Assembly (NCBI RefSeq): GCF_000195955.2
Contig: NC_000962.3
Span: forward strand, 3,870,001 to 3,902,000
DNA: 32,000 nucleotides
Reading direction: 5' to 3'
Source: Mycobacterium tuberculosis H37Rv
Lineage (GTDB): Bacteria > Actinomycetota > Actinomycetes > Mycobacteriales > Mycobacteriaceae
Shown here one piece after another: positions 1 through 12,833 of the stretch. A program made the position numbers and the translations under genes. Below the pieces are notes generated by a model. The model did no database searches and was not told where the DNA came from. It saw nothing but the letters and a program-made list of their open reading frames with translations. The stretch's first letter is position 1. Each line of letters begins with the position of its first letter.

Positions 1-1119
1 TGGCGACTCACCCGCGGCGCCGGCCAACGGGTCGCGGTCATCGACACCGGCGTTGCGCGCCATCGACGGTTGCCCAAGGTGGTTGCCGGCGGTGACTATG
101 TCTTCACCGGGGACGGCACCGCGGATTGCGATGCACACGGCACGCTGGTGGCCGGAATTATCGCGGCCGCACCGGATGCGCAAAGCGACAATTTCAGCGG
201 GGTGGCACCCGATGTCACCTTGATCAGCATTCGCCAGTCCAGCAGCAAGTTCGCACCGGTCGGCGACCCGTCCAGCACAGGTGTTGGTGACGTCGACACC
301 ATGGCGAAGGCCGTGCGGACGGCCGCCGACCTCGGCGCGTCGGTGATCAACATCTCGTCGATTGCCTGCGTTCCGGCCGCGGCTGCGCCGGACGACCGCG
401 CGCTAGGTGCCGCTTTGGCCTATGCGGTCGATGTCAAGAACGCCGTCATCGTGGCCGCGGCCGGCAATACCGGCGGCGCCGCGCAGTGTCCGCCGCAGGC
501 CCCCGGGGTAACCCGGGACAGCGTCACGGTTGCGGTGAGTCCGGCCTGGTACGACGACTACGTGCTGACCGTAGGTTCGGTGAACGCCCAAGGCGAACCC
601 TCGGCATTCACTCTCGCCGGCCCCTGGGTGGATGTCGCCGCCACCGGCGAGGCGGTGACCTCGCTCAGCCCGTTCGGTGACGGGACCGTGAACAGGCTTG
701 GCGGACAGCATGGTTCGATTCCGATATCCGGAACCAGTTATGCGGCGCCGGTCGTCAGCGGCCTGGCCGCCCTGATCCGGGCCCGCTTTCCGACGTTGAC
801 CGCACGGCAGGTGATGCAGCGCATCGAATCTACCGCGCATCACCCACCCGCCGGATGGGATCCGCTCGTCGGCAACGGCACGGTCGATGCCCTGGCTGCG
901 GTCAGCAGCGACTCGATTCCGCAGGCCGGCACCGCAACGAGCGACCCCGCTCCGGTGGCGGTGCCGGTCCCTAGGCGGTCAACGCCCGGCCCATCGGATC
1001 GCCGCGCCCTACACACCGCCTTTGCTGGTGCCGCGATCTGCCTGCTCGCGCTGATGGCAACCCTGGCCACCGCCAGCCGCCGGCTACGGCCCGGGCGCAA
1101 CGGTATCGCGGGCGACTGA
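1..1119 (+). CDS. mycP4: Mycosin, subtilisin-like serine protease of ESX-4 (5' end outside window)
   Basis: Frame open from base 1 (WRLTRGAGQRVAVIDTGVARH, Asp motif), His motif DAHGTLVAGI, Ser motif GTSYAAPVVSGLAALIRARFP, C-terminal TM segment LHTAFAGAAICLLALMATLATA; stop TGA 1117-1119. Confidence 0.95.
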   Translation, partial: WRLTRGAGQRVAVIDTGVARHRRLPKVVAGGDYVFTGDGTADCDAHGTLVAGIIAAAPDAQSDNFSGVAPDVTLISIRQSSSKFAPVGDPSSTGVGDVDTMAKAVRTAADLGASVINISSIACVPAAAAPDDRALGAALAYAVDVKNAVIVAAAGNTGGAAQCPPQAPGVTRDSVTVAVSPAWYDDYVLTVGSVNAQGEPSAFTLAGPWVDVAATGEAVTSLSPFGDGTVNRLGGQHGSIPISGTSYAAPVVSGLAALIRARFPTLTARQVMQRIESTAHHPPAGWDPLVGNGTVDALAAVSSDSIPQAGTATSDPAPVAVPVPRRSTPGPSDRRALHTAFAGAAICLLALMATLATASRRLRPGRNGIAGD

Positions 1120-2496
1120 CGCGTTGGCTCTACTCAGCTCCGGTCCGGACGGCAGTGTCGCCAACACCGGCCACGGCGCCGGGATGGCAGCCGTCGGCAG
1201 ACCGAGGTCGTGTGCCACGTCGTCGTCGTGGATCGCGAACCGCACTCCGGTGTCGGTGACCAGGTAGCGCGTGCCGGTGCCGCCGCCGGACAGGCTGCGC
1301 GCGGCTACGTAGGCGCTGCGTCCCGGCGGCAGGTACACCGCGTCCAGTGCGGGGCCGCGACCGTCGGCTTGTGCCAGTGTCACCGGAACCCCTCCGAGGG
1401 GCACCGGCGGGCCGCTGCCCGCCAAGAACGCGACGCGAGCAGCACCCGGCTGCGCGGGCGTCCAGGTCACGCACAACGTGGTGACCGCCCTTCCCGGCGA
1501 GCCGTCCACCGGTGTTGGCGGCCGGTCGGGAAAGGCCGACACCGGCAAGGTGTTCACGATCGGAGCGACGCGAATCACATCGGGGGCCACCGTCGGGACG
1601 TTGACGCTGCCCTGCGAATCGCCGAACCGCAACAAATCCGCGGCGACCTGGCCGATGCGCTGCACGCCGTCCTCCAGCACCACGTAATACTCATCACCGC
1701 TCGCGCGAGTGATGCGCACCACACCGCCGACCAGAAACCCGGGCAGCCCGACCGAGGCCCGCCCGCCGCCACGAATCCGGGGAGCCGTGATGCGCGGTGC
1801 CTCCGGGACGGCGTTGAGCAACGATTGCGCGACCACGTGCGGGACCCGGCCCTGCAGCCGCAGCGCCCACACCACCGCCGGGTCGGCCAGATCCACCACG
1901 GCCCGCCGACCGCCGTAGAGCAGGTAGGTGGGCGAACCTGATTCGGTCGCCACCAGGATCATCTGTTCGGCGGTCAGCACCTGCGCCGACGAGTCTTCGG
2001 CGGGCCCGACGACGACAGTCGTTGATCCGCCATTGTCGCTATCGCAGATCGCCCACGCCGATTCGGCGCCGGCTAGCGGCTGGTCAAGCAGCTGCGGCGC
2101 ACCTGGAATACCGAGCAGTGGACCGCGTTTGGTGTGGCCCAATTCGGACTCGGACACCGGTTGCGGGTTGGCGTTCGTCGCCGCGATCAACCGCGCCGAA
2201 GCCAGGTTCAACACCGGATGCCAGACATCGTCCACTCGCACGTAGAGTGCCCCGGATTCCCGACCCATCACGATCGGCGCCTGACCGAGCGCCGACTGTG
2301 GCCGCAGCAGCGCAACGAATGCGCATCCCATCGCGGCGACGATCGCCAGCACGCACCCGAGGGCCAGCGATGTTGTGCGCGCGCGCAGTGCTCCGGTCGC
2401 TGCGCAGACATCCCCGAACAGCAACGCGCACTCGATGCGCCGCAGCAGAAATCGGTACCCGCTGACGTGCAGCCAGGTCGTCGCTGGGCTCGGCAC
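1084..2496 (-). CDS. eccB4: ESX-4 secretion system component EccB4
   Basis: EccB-like protein (SGYRFLLRRIECALLFGD N-terminus, single TM, long extracytoplasmic domain); GTG start at 2496 chosen, ORF open to 2532; adjacent to mycP4. Confidence 0.9.
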   Translation of the reverse strand: MPSPATTWLHVSGYRFLLRRIECALLFGDVCAATGALRARTTSLALGCVLAIVAAMGCAFVALLRPQSALGQAPIVMGRESGALYVRVDDVWHPVLNLASARLIAATNANPQPVSESELGHTKRGPLLGIPGAPQLLDQPLAGAESAWAICDSDNGGSTTVVVGPAEDSSAQVLTAEQMILVATESGSPTYLLYGGRRAVVDLADPAVVWALRLQGRVPHVVAQSLLNAVPEAPRITAPRIRGGGRASVGLPGFLVGGVVRITRASGDEYYVVLEDGVQRIGQVAADLLRFGDSQGSVNVPTVAPDVIRVAPIVNTLPVSAFPDRPPTPVDGSPGRAVTTLCVTWTPAQPGAARVAFLAGSGPPVPLGGVPVTLAQADGRGPALDAVYLPPGRSAYVAARSLSGGGTGTRYLVTDTGVRFAIHDDDVAHDLGLPTAAIPAPWPVLATLPSGPELSRANASVARDTVAPGP

Positions 2497-2616
2497 TGGC
2501 TCTCCCACGGTGGCGCGCTGATTTCTCCCCACGGTAGGCGTTGCGACGCATGTTCTTCACCGTCTATCCACAGCTACCGACATTTGCTCCGGCTGGATCG
2601 CGGGTAAAATTCCGTC

Positions 2617-3405
2617 GTGAACAATCGACCCATCCGCCTGCTGACATCCGGCAGGGCTGGTTTGGGTGCGGGCGCATTGATCACCGCCGTCGTCCTGCTC
2701 ATCGCCTTGGGCGCTGTTTGGACCCCGGTTGCCTTCGCCGATGGATGCCCGGACGCCGAAGTCACGTTCGCCCGCGGCACCGGCGAGCCGCCCGGAATCG
2801 GGCGCGTTGGCCAGGCGTTCGTCGACTCGCTGCGCCAGCAGACTGGCATGGAGATCGGAGTATACCCGGTGAATTACGCCGCCAGCCGCCTACAGCTGCA
2901 CGGGGGAGACGGCGCCAACGACGCCATATCGCACATTAAGTCCATGGCCTCGTCATGCCCGAACACCAAGCTGGTCTTGGGCGGCTATTCGCAGGGCGCA
3001 ACCGTGATCGATATCGTGGCCGGGGTTCCGTTGGGCAGCATCAGCTTTGGCAGTCCGCTACCTGCGGCATACGCAGACAACGTCGCAGCGGTCGCGGTCT
3101 TCGGCAATCCGTCCAACCGCGCCGGCGGATCGCTGTCGAGCCTGAGCCCGCTATTCGGTTCCAAGGCGATTGACCTGTGCAATCCCACCGATCCGATCTG
3201 CCATGTGGGCCCCGGCAACGAATTCAGCGGACACATCGACGGCTACATACCCACCTACACCACCCAGGCGGCTAGTTTCGTCGTGCAGAGGCTCCGCGCC
3301 GGGTCGGTGCCACATCTGCCTGGATCCGTCCCGCAGCTGCCCGGGTCTGTCCTTCAGATGCCCGGCACTGCCGCACCGGCTCCCGAATCGCTGCACGGTC
3401 GCTGA
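2617..3405 (+). CDS. cut3: Cutinase-like serine esterase, secreted
   Basis: 262 aa; signal-peptide-like N-terminus; [22 protein letters not shown]; nucleophile motif GGYSQGA; paralogous to next gene. Confidence 0.88.
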
Positions 3406-3451
3406 CGCTTTGTCAGTAAGCCCATAAAATCGCGTCATGAGGTTCATCGGG

Positions 3452-4132
3452 GTGATCCCACGCCCGCAGCCGCATTCGGGCCGCTGGCGAGCCGGTGCCG
3501 CACGCCGCCTCACCAGCCTGGTGGCCGCCGCCTTTGCGGCGGCCACACTGTTGCTTACCCCCGCGCTGGCACCACCGGCATCGGCGGGCTGCCCGGATGC
3601 CGAGGTGGTGTTCGCCCGCGGAACCGGCGAACCACCTGGCCTCGGTCGGGTAGGCCAAGCTTTCGTCAGTTCATTGCGCCAGCAGACCAACAAGAGCATC
3701 GGGACATACGGAGTCAACTACCCGGCCAACGGTGATTTCTTGGCCGCCGCTGACGGCGCGAACGACGCCAGCGACCACATTCAGCAGATGGCCAGCGCGT
3801 GCCGGGCCACGAGGTTGGTGCTCGGCGGCTACTCCCAGGGTGCGGCCGTGATCGACATCGTCACCGCCGCACCACTGCCCGGCCTCGGGTTCACGCAGCC
3901 GTTGCCGCCCGCAGCGGACGATCACATCGCCGCGATCGCCCTGTTCGGGAATCCCTCGGGCCGCGCTGGCGGGCTGATGAGCGCCCTGACCCCTCAATTC
4001 GGGTCCAAGACCATCAACCTCTGCAACAACGGCGACCCGATTTGTTCGGACGGCAACCGGTGGCGAGCGCACCTAGGCTACGTGCCCGGGATGACCAACC
4101 AGGCGGCGCGTTTCGTCGCGAGCAGGATCTAA
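3452..4132 (+). CDS. cut4: Cutinase-like serine esterase, secreted
   Basis: 226 aa from GTG 3452 (ORF open from ATG 3437); [26 protein letters not shown]; [15 protein letters not shown]. Confidence 0.87.
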   Translation: MIPRPQPHSGRWRAGAARRLTSLVAAAFAAATLLLTPALAPPASAGCPDAEVVFARGTGEPPGLGRVGQAFVSSLRQQTNKSIGTYGVNYPANGDFLAAADGANDASDHIQQMASACRATRLVLGGYSQGAAVIDIVTAAPLPGLGFTQPLPPAADDHIAAIALFGNPSGRAGGLMSALTPQFGSKTINLCNNGDPICSDGNRWRAHLGYVPGMTNQAARFVASRI

Positions 4133-4400
4133 CGCGAGCCGCCCCATAGATTCCGGCTAAGCAACGGCTGCGCCGCCGCCCGGCCACGAGTGACCGCCGC
4201 CGACTGGCACACCGCTTACCACGGCCTTATGCTGGCGCCGGACCCCGCCCGCCAGGCGCGCCGCCCGTCAACGCAGCCGAATGCGCATTTGTCCGCCGAA
4301 TGCGCCGCGATGAACCGCAATCATTTCACCGGAAGGGAAGTGTGCGGACACGCTAACCGGACGCTCGGGCTAACTTCGACCGCTATTGCGCTGAGGAGGG

Positions 4401-4736
4401 TTGATGCCGGGCGTCATAACAAACAGTGAAAGCCCAACCGCAGCCGACCACGACAGAATTACGGCCACCAGAGAGACGCTGGAGGATTACACACTGCGGT
4501 TGGCGCCGCGCAGCTATCGCAGGTGGCCCCCGGCGGTGGTGGGCATCTCCGCTCTCGGCGGCATCGCCTACCTGGCGGACTTCGCGATCGGCGCCAATGT
4601 CGGTATCACGTGGGGTACCGCGAACGCGCTGTGCGGAATCGCAATCTTCGCACTGGTGGTCTTCGTCACCGGCTTGCCGCTGGCCTACTACGCGGCGCGG
4701 TACAACATCGACCTGGATCTGATTTACCCGCGGTAG
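4401..4736 (+). pseudogene. N-terminal fragment of an NCS1-type (cytosine/purine permease-like) transporter; usually annotated as separate small membrane protein (Rv3453)
   Basis: 111 aa; LEDYTLRLAPRSYRRWPPAVVGISALGGIAYLADFAIGANVGITWG resembles NCS1 N-terminus; continuity with next ORF restored by removing one T in 4723-4725. Confidence 0.65.
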
Positions 4737-4821
4737 CGGTTTCGGCTACTACGGCTCGGTGGTCACCAACGTCATCTTTGCCACGTTCACGTTCATCTTC
4801 TTTGCCCTGGAGGGCTCGATC

Positions 4822-6090
4822 ATGGCTCAGGGCCTTAAGCTAGGCCTGCACATTCCGCTGTGGGCGGGTTACGCGTGCTCGACCCTGATCATCTTCCCGC
4901 TGGTGGTCTACGGGATGAAAGTTTTGTCACAGCTGCAACTTTGGACCACCCCGCTCTGGCTGATCCTGATGGCGGCCCCATTTGGCTACCTGGTAGTCAG
5001 CCATCCCGATTCGATTGGACAGTTTTTCTCCTACGCCGGCAAGGATGGTCATGGCGGCCTTAGCTTCGGTTCTGTCCTGTTGGCAGCGGGAGTGTGCCTG
5101 TCACTCATCGCTCAGATCGCCGAGCAGATCGACTACCTGCGCTTCATGCCGCCACGGACGCCGGAGAACGCGAACAGGTGGTGGACGTGGACGCTGCTGG
5201 CCGGTCCCGGCTGGGTTGCATTTGGGGCGACCAAACAGATCATCGGCCTGTTCCTGGCGGTCTATCTGATGGCCAACATCCCCGGCTCGTCGACAATCGC
5301 CAACCAGCCGGTGCACCAATTCATGCAGATATACCGCACCTTCGTACCGGGCTGGCTGGCGTTGACACTCGCCGTCATCCTGGTGGTCTTGAGCCAGATC
5401 AAGATCAACGTCACGAACGCGTATTCGGGCTCGCTGGCGTGGACCAATTCATTCACACGGCTCACCAAGCACTATCCCGGGCGGGTCGTGTTTCTTGGGG
5501 TTAACCTCGCGATTGCGTTGATTCTCATGGAAGCCAACATGTTTGACTTCCTGAACACAATCCTGGGTTGCTACGCCAATTGCGGTATGGCCTGGGTGGT
5601 GGCGGTGGCGTCGGACATCGGCTTCAACAAGTATCTGCTCGGCCTGTCGCCGAAGACTCCCGAATTCCGCCGCGGCATGCTATACGCCATCAACCCGGTC
5701 GGCTTCGGGTCGTTGCTGCTGGCCGCGGGGCTGTCGATCGTCACCTTCTTCGGCGGTCTGGGTGCGGCACTGCAGCCTTATTCACCATTGGTGGCAATCG
5801 TCACCGCGTTGGTAATGCCGCCCATTCTGGCAGCCGCGACCAAAGGCAAGTACTACCTTCGCCGCACGCACGACGGTATCGATCTGCCCATGTACGACGA
5901 GCACGGCAATCCCTCGGCCGCGGTGTTGACTTGCCATGTCTGCCACCAGGATTTCGAGCGGCCCGACATGCTGGCCTGCCAGACCCATGGTGCGCATGTC
6001 TGTTCGCTGTGCTTGTCCACGGACAAGCAGGCCGAGCATGTGCTTCCTGGGTTAGCCCGAGCGCACATCCCGGGTGACCAAGTTCCGTGA
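4822..6090 (+). CDS. NCS1-like integral membrane transporter, C-terminal part, with Cys-rich tail (Rv3454)
   Basis: 422 aa from ATG 4822; frame open upstream, where GSGFGYYGSVVTNVIFATFTFIFFALEGSI (from 4732) continues the transporter; many TM helices; C-terminal CHVC...CSLC cluster. Confidence 0.75.
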   Translation: MAQGLKLGLHIPLWAGYACSTLIIFPLVVYGMKVLSQLQLWTTPLWLILMAAPFGYLVVSHPDSIGQFFSYAGKDGHGGLSFGSVLLAAGVCLSLIAQIAEQIDYLRFMPPRTPENANRWWTWTLLAGPGWVAFGATKQIIGLFLAVYLMANIPGSSTIANQPVHQFMQIYRTFVPGWLALTLAVILVVLSQIKINVTNAYSGSLAWTNSFTRLTKHYPGRVVFLGVNLAIALILMEANMFDFLNTILGCYANCGMAWVVAVASDIGFNKYLLGLSPKTPEFRRGMLYAINPVGFGSLLLAAGLSIVTFFGGLGAALQPYSPLVAIVTALVMPPILAAATKGKYYLRRTHDGIDLPMYDEHGNPSAAVLTCHVCHQDFERPDMLACQTHGAHVCSLCLSTDKQAEHVLPGLARAHIPGDQVP

Positions 6091-6945
6091 CGCGAGCTGG
6101 TCATCGGGCGGATAGTCCACCTGGATCAACGTCAACCCGTGCGCCGGCGCGACCGCGAAGTCGCTGGATCGTCCTGTCGCGGTGAGCAGCTCACGACACC
6201 AAGTTGTCGCGCGACGGTGCTCGCCGACCGCCAGTAGCGCCCCCACCAACGACCGCACCATCGACCAACAGAACGCGTCGGCGGTGACGTGCGCGGTGAC
6301 CAGGGTGCCGGCACGCGACCAGTCCAGCCGCTGCAGATCACGAATCGTGGTGGCGCCCTCGCGATGACGGCAGAACGCCGCGAAGTCGTGCAGCCCCATC
6401 AAATCTCGCGACGCGGCCGTCATCGCATCCAGATCAAGCTCGCGTGGCCAAGCGGTGATGTAGCGCGCCTGCTGCGGCTCGACACCGTAGGGTGCTGTCG
6501 ACAGCCGGTACACGTAATGCCGCCGCAGCGCCGAGAATCTGGCGTCGAAACCCGCTGGTGCGCGCGTGATATCGAGGATTCGAACGTCGGCGGGCAGAAA
6601 TCGACCCAGCCTCCGCAACAGCGGCAGGAATTCCGGATCACCGACGTGGCCGGCGCGCGGGTAAGCGTTCGGCAAGGCATCGGCGGGCACGTCAACGTGG
6701 GCGACCTGGCCGCTGGCGTGCACGCCCGCATCAGTGCGTCCGGCCGCCCGCAGCCGCACCGGGGTGCGGAAGATGGTAGTCAGCGCCGCATCGAGATCGC
6801 CCGCGACCGTGCGCTGCCCCACTTGTGCAGCCCAGCCCGCGAAATCGGTTCCGTCGTAGGCGATATCGAGCCGAAGACGGACAACGCCGCTAATTCTCGG
6901 GGGCCTCTGCGGGGGGCTCTTCGGGGGCCTTCGCGTCAGGCTCAC
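6052..6945 (-). CDS. truA: tRNA pseudouridine synthase A
   Basis: [53 protein letters not shown] (catalytic Asp), [17 protein letters not shown]; GTG start at 6945, ORF open to 6963. Confidence 0.93.
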   Translation of the reverse strand: MSLTRRPPKSPPQRPPRISGVVRLRLDIAYDGTDFAGWAAQVGQRTVAGDLDAALTTIFRTPVRLRAAGRTDAGVHASGQVAHVDVPADALPNAYPRAGHVGDPEFLPLLRRLGRFLPADVRILDITRAPAGFDARFSALRRHYVYRLSTAPYGVEPQQARYITAWPRELDLDAMTAASRDLMGLHDFAAFCRHREGATTIRDLQRLDWSRAGTLVTAHVTADAFCWSMVRSLVGALLAVGEHRRATTWCRELLTATGRSSDFAVAPAHGLTLIQVDYPPDDQLASRNLVTRDVRSG

Positions 6946-7432
6946 TGGCGCCGACCACGTCACCCTCCTCAGCAGGCTTGGCCTCGGACTCCTCGGTCGG
7001 CATGGCCGCCGCCTTCTTGGCCTTCGCCTGCGCGGCAGCTACCCGGCGTGCTCGATTGGCCTCCGAGGTCACCGTCTTCTCCCGGACCAGTTCGATCACG
7101 GCCATCGGAGCGTTGTCGCCCTTACGTGCCTCGATTTTGATGATACGGGTGTAGCCACCATCGCGGTCGGCGAAGAACGGTCCGATCTCGGCGAACAAGG
7201 TATGCACCACATCCTTGTCACGGAGCTTCTTGAGCACCTCGCGCCGGTTGTGCAACGCGCCTTTTTTGGCATGCGTGATCAGCTTCTCCGCGTACGGACG
7301 CAGCGCCCGGGCCTTCGGCTCGGTCGTCGTGATCCGCCCATGCTCGAACAGGGACGTGGCGAGGTTGGCCAAGATCGCCTTCTGATGTGAAGACGACCCG
7401 CCGAGGCGAGGGCCCTTGGTAGGCTTGGGCAT
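6890..7432 (-). CDS. rplQ: 50S ribosomal protein L17 with acidic Ala/Glu/Pro-rich C-terminal extension
   Basis: 180 aa; [53 protein letters not shown]. Confidence 0.97.
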
Positions 7433-7463
7433 AGCTGACGCTCCTGTCTGGATTAGAGGCAGT

Positions 7464-9264
<1,801 letters not shown>

Positions 9265-9272
9265 CTTCTCTC

Positions 9273-9692
9273 CTAGACGCGCCGGCGCTTGGGGGGCCGG
9301 ACACCGTTATGCGGCTGGGGGGTGACATCCGAGATCGCGCCCACCTCCAGGCCGGCGGCCTGCAGCGACCGGATCGCGGTCTCGCGGCCCGAGCCCGGGC
9401 CCTTGACGAACACGTCGACCTTGCGCACCCCGTGGTCTTGGGCCTTGCGAGCGGCGTTCTCCGCGGCCAGCTGGGCCGCAAACGGGGTCGATTTCCGGGA
9501 ACCCTTGAAGCCGACGTGCCCCGACGATGCCCAGGCAATGACGTTGCCTTGCGGGTCGGTGATGGTCACGATCGTGTTGTTGAACGTGCTCTTGATGTGG
9601 GCGGCGCCGTGCGGGACGTTCTTCTTCTCCCGCCGGCGGGTCTTCTGGCCCTTCCTAGCCGACGTTGCCGGCCCTTTTTTTGCTGGTGGCAT
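9273..9692 (-). CDS. rpsK: 30S ribosomal protein S11
   Basis: 139 aa; [51 protein letters not shown]. Confidence 0.98.
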
Positions 9693-9695
9693 CGG

Positions 9696-10070
9696 TTACC
9701 TAGCCTTCTTCTTGCCTGCGATGGTGCGCTTGGGGCCTTTGCGGGTCCGCGCGTTGGTTTTTGTCCGCTGGCCGCGTACCGGCATACCGCGGCGGTGCCG
9801 CAACCCCTGATAGCAGCCAATCTCGATCTTGCGACGGATGTCGGCCTGTACCTCGCGGCGCAGGTCACCCTCCACCTTCAGGTTCGCTTCGATGTAGTCG
9901 CGCAGGTGGATCAGCTGTTCTTCGGTGAGATCTCTGGTGCGCAGATCCCGGTCAATGCCGGTGGCCGCCAGGATTTCGTTCGAGCGGGTACGGCCGATGC
10001 CAAAGATGTAGGTCAGGGCGACCTCCATCCGCTTATCGCGCGGCAGGTCGACGCCGACGAGTCGAGCCAT
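9696..10070 (-). CDS. rpsM: 30S ribosomal protein S13
   Basis: 124 aa; [39 protein letters not shown]; [26 protein letters not shown]. Confidence 0.98.
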
Positions 10071-10285
10071 AGGTGGCGTTTCCTCTTCCTCTGCGGAGGT
10101 ATGGTCCCAGTCCGTTCCCTGCCCAAAAAAGATCTTTGGGTGTGGGGCCCGGCCTCCGTCCGGGCGTGAATGAGCTGGCCCATCTCCATCGATGCCAGCC
10201 GCTCATTGGTGCTGGGGGTCTGCATTTAGTTGTCGGGCCGTCCGGCTCCTCCTCGGACCACTACGCGGCCCGCATCGTCGCCGAA

Positions 10286-10399
10286 CTAGCCCTGCCTTTG
10301 TTTGTGACGCGGATCGGAACAGATCACCATAACCCGCCCGTGCCGACGGATCAGCCTGCACTTGTCACAGATCGGCTTGACGCTCGGGTTTACCTTCAC
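10286..10399 (-). CDS. rpmJ: 50S ribosomal protein L36 (too short for the supplied ORF track)
   Basis: Manual translation from GTG 10399: [37 protein letters not shown], 37 aa, stop TAG at 10288-10286; Cys/His zinc residues present. Confidence 0.96.
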
Positions 10400-10431
10400 G
10401 ACTGTCTCGGTCCTGTTCTATGGGTATGTCG

Positions 10432-10653
10432 CTACTTGTACCGGTACACGATGCGGCCCCGGGACAGGTCGTAGGGCGACAATTCCACCACCACCCGGTC
10501 CTCGGGCAGGATGCGAATGTAGTGCTGACGCATCTTGCCGCTGATGTGGGCGAGCACCTTGTGGCCGTTCTCCAGCTCAATGCGGAACATGGCATTGGGC
10601 AGGGGCTCGACCACGCGACCCTCGACCTCTATGGCACCGTCCTTCTTGGCCAT
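10432..10653 (-). CDS. infA: Translation initiation factor IF-1
   Basis: 73 aa; [73 protein letters not shown]. Confidence 0.97.
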
Positions 10654-10906
10654 TACTTTCTGGCGATCCTTCTCTTCCTTGTCGGTGCACCCGATTCCGG
10701 CGCAGCACGTGCTCGGACTACAAACGTGAGCCGGTGGTGGAAATTCCGCGAAGGGCTCCGAGAAATTTTCAAAACTGGGCACGCCAAACCGGCACGGGAC
10801 ACCGCACCGCCAACCCACATTACCCGCATCGCCGTGCTCTGCGCAAAACGCCGTAGGCCACGCGCTCACCGGAATAGCACCGGTGAGCCGAGCGGTTAGA
10901 GCAACC

Positions 10907-11764
10907 ATGACCAATTGTGCCGCCGGCAAACCCAGCTCAGGCCCTAACCTCGGCCGATTCGGATCGTTCGGACGCGGCGTCACCCCCCAGCAGGCCACAG
11001 AAATCGAGGCGCTGGGCTACGGGGCGGTCTGGGTGGGAGGCTCACCACCCGCCGCACTGTCCTGGGTGGAACCGATTCTGCAAGCGACCACCACATTGTG
11101 TGTGGCCACCGGCATTGTCAATATCTGGTCGGCACCGGCCCAGCGAGTCGCCGAATCGTTCCACCGCATCGAGGCGGCCTACCCGGGCCGCTTTCTGCTG
11201 GGTATCGGAGTCGGGCATGCCGAGATGATCAGTGAGTACCGCAAGCCCTACAACGCGCTGGTGGAATACCTAGACCGGCTCGACGACTATGGGGTGCCCG
11301 CCAACCGCCGGGTGGTGGCCGCACTGGGCCCCCGGGTCCTGGGCCTGTCCGCACGCCGCAGCGCCGGGGCGCACCCGTACCTGACCACACCCGAACACAC
11401 GGCACGGGCCCGTGAGCTGATTGGTCCGTCGGCGTTCCTGGCGCCCGAACACAAGGTGGTGCTGACCACCGACTCGGCAAGGGCCCGTACGGTGGGACGC
11501 CAGGCGCTCGATATGTACTTCAACCTGGCTAACTACCGCAACAACTGGAAACGGCTGGGCTTCACCGACGACGAAGTCTCCCGGCCGGGCAGCGACCGCC
11601 TGGTTGACGCCGTGGTCGCCTACGGCACTCCAGACGCGATCGCGGCACGGCTGAACGAACACCTGCTTGCAGGCGCCGACCATGTCCCTATTCAGGTCCT
11701 CACCGAAGATGACAACCTGGTGTCGGCGCTGACCGAACTCGCGAAGCCGCTCCGACTGACTTGA
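10907..11764 (+). CDS. Luciferase-like monooxygenase / F420-dependent oxidoreductase family (Rv3463)
   Basis: 285 aa from ATG 10907; [72 protein letters not shown] typical of LLM family. Confidence 0.82.
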
Positions 11765-11833
11765 TCCCGAAACGGAGGGTTGCGAACCCAACTGGTCGCG
11801 GCTCCACTCGGTTAAGGCTCGGTTAGGGTTTGA

Positions 11834-12832
<999 letters not shown>

Positions 12833-12833
12833 G

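Noticed and set aside
4190-4429. 79-aa ORF between cut4 and the transporter fragment
   Set aside because: No recognisable domain, low-complexity shadow-type composition, no evident RBS; kept as intergenic.
4722-4736. Programmed frameshift at the transporter break
   Set aside because: GATTTACCCGCGG does not match a classical slippery heptamer and no strong downstream structure was evident by eye; simple mutation is favoured, though not excluded without expression data.
10432-10998. 188-aa version of the infA ORF
   Set aside because: IF-1 is a well-defined 73-aa protein starting [12 protein letters not shown] at 10653; the upstream part lacks conservation and overlaps the divergent Rv3463 start.
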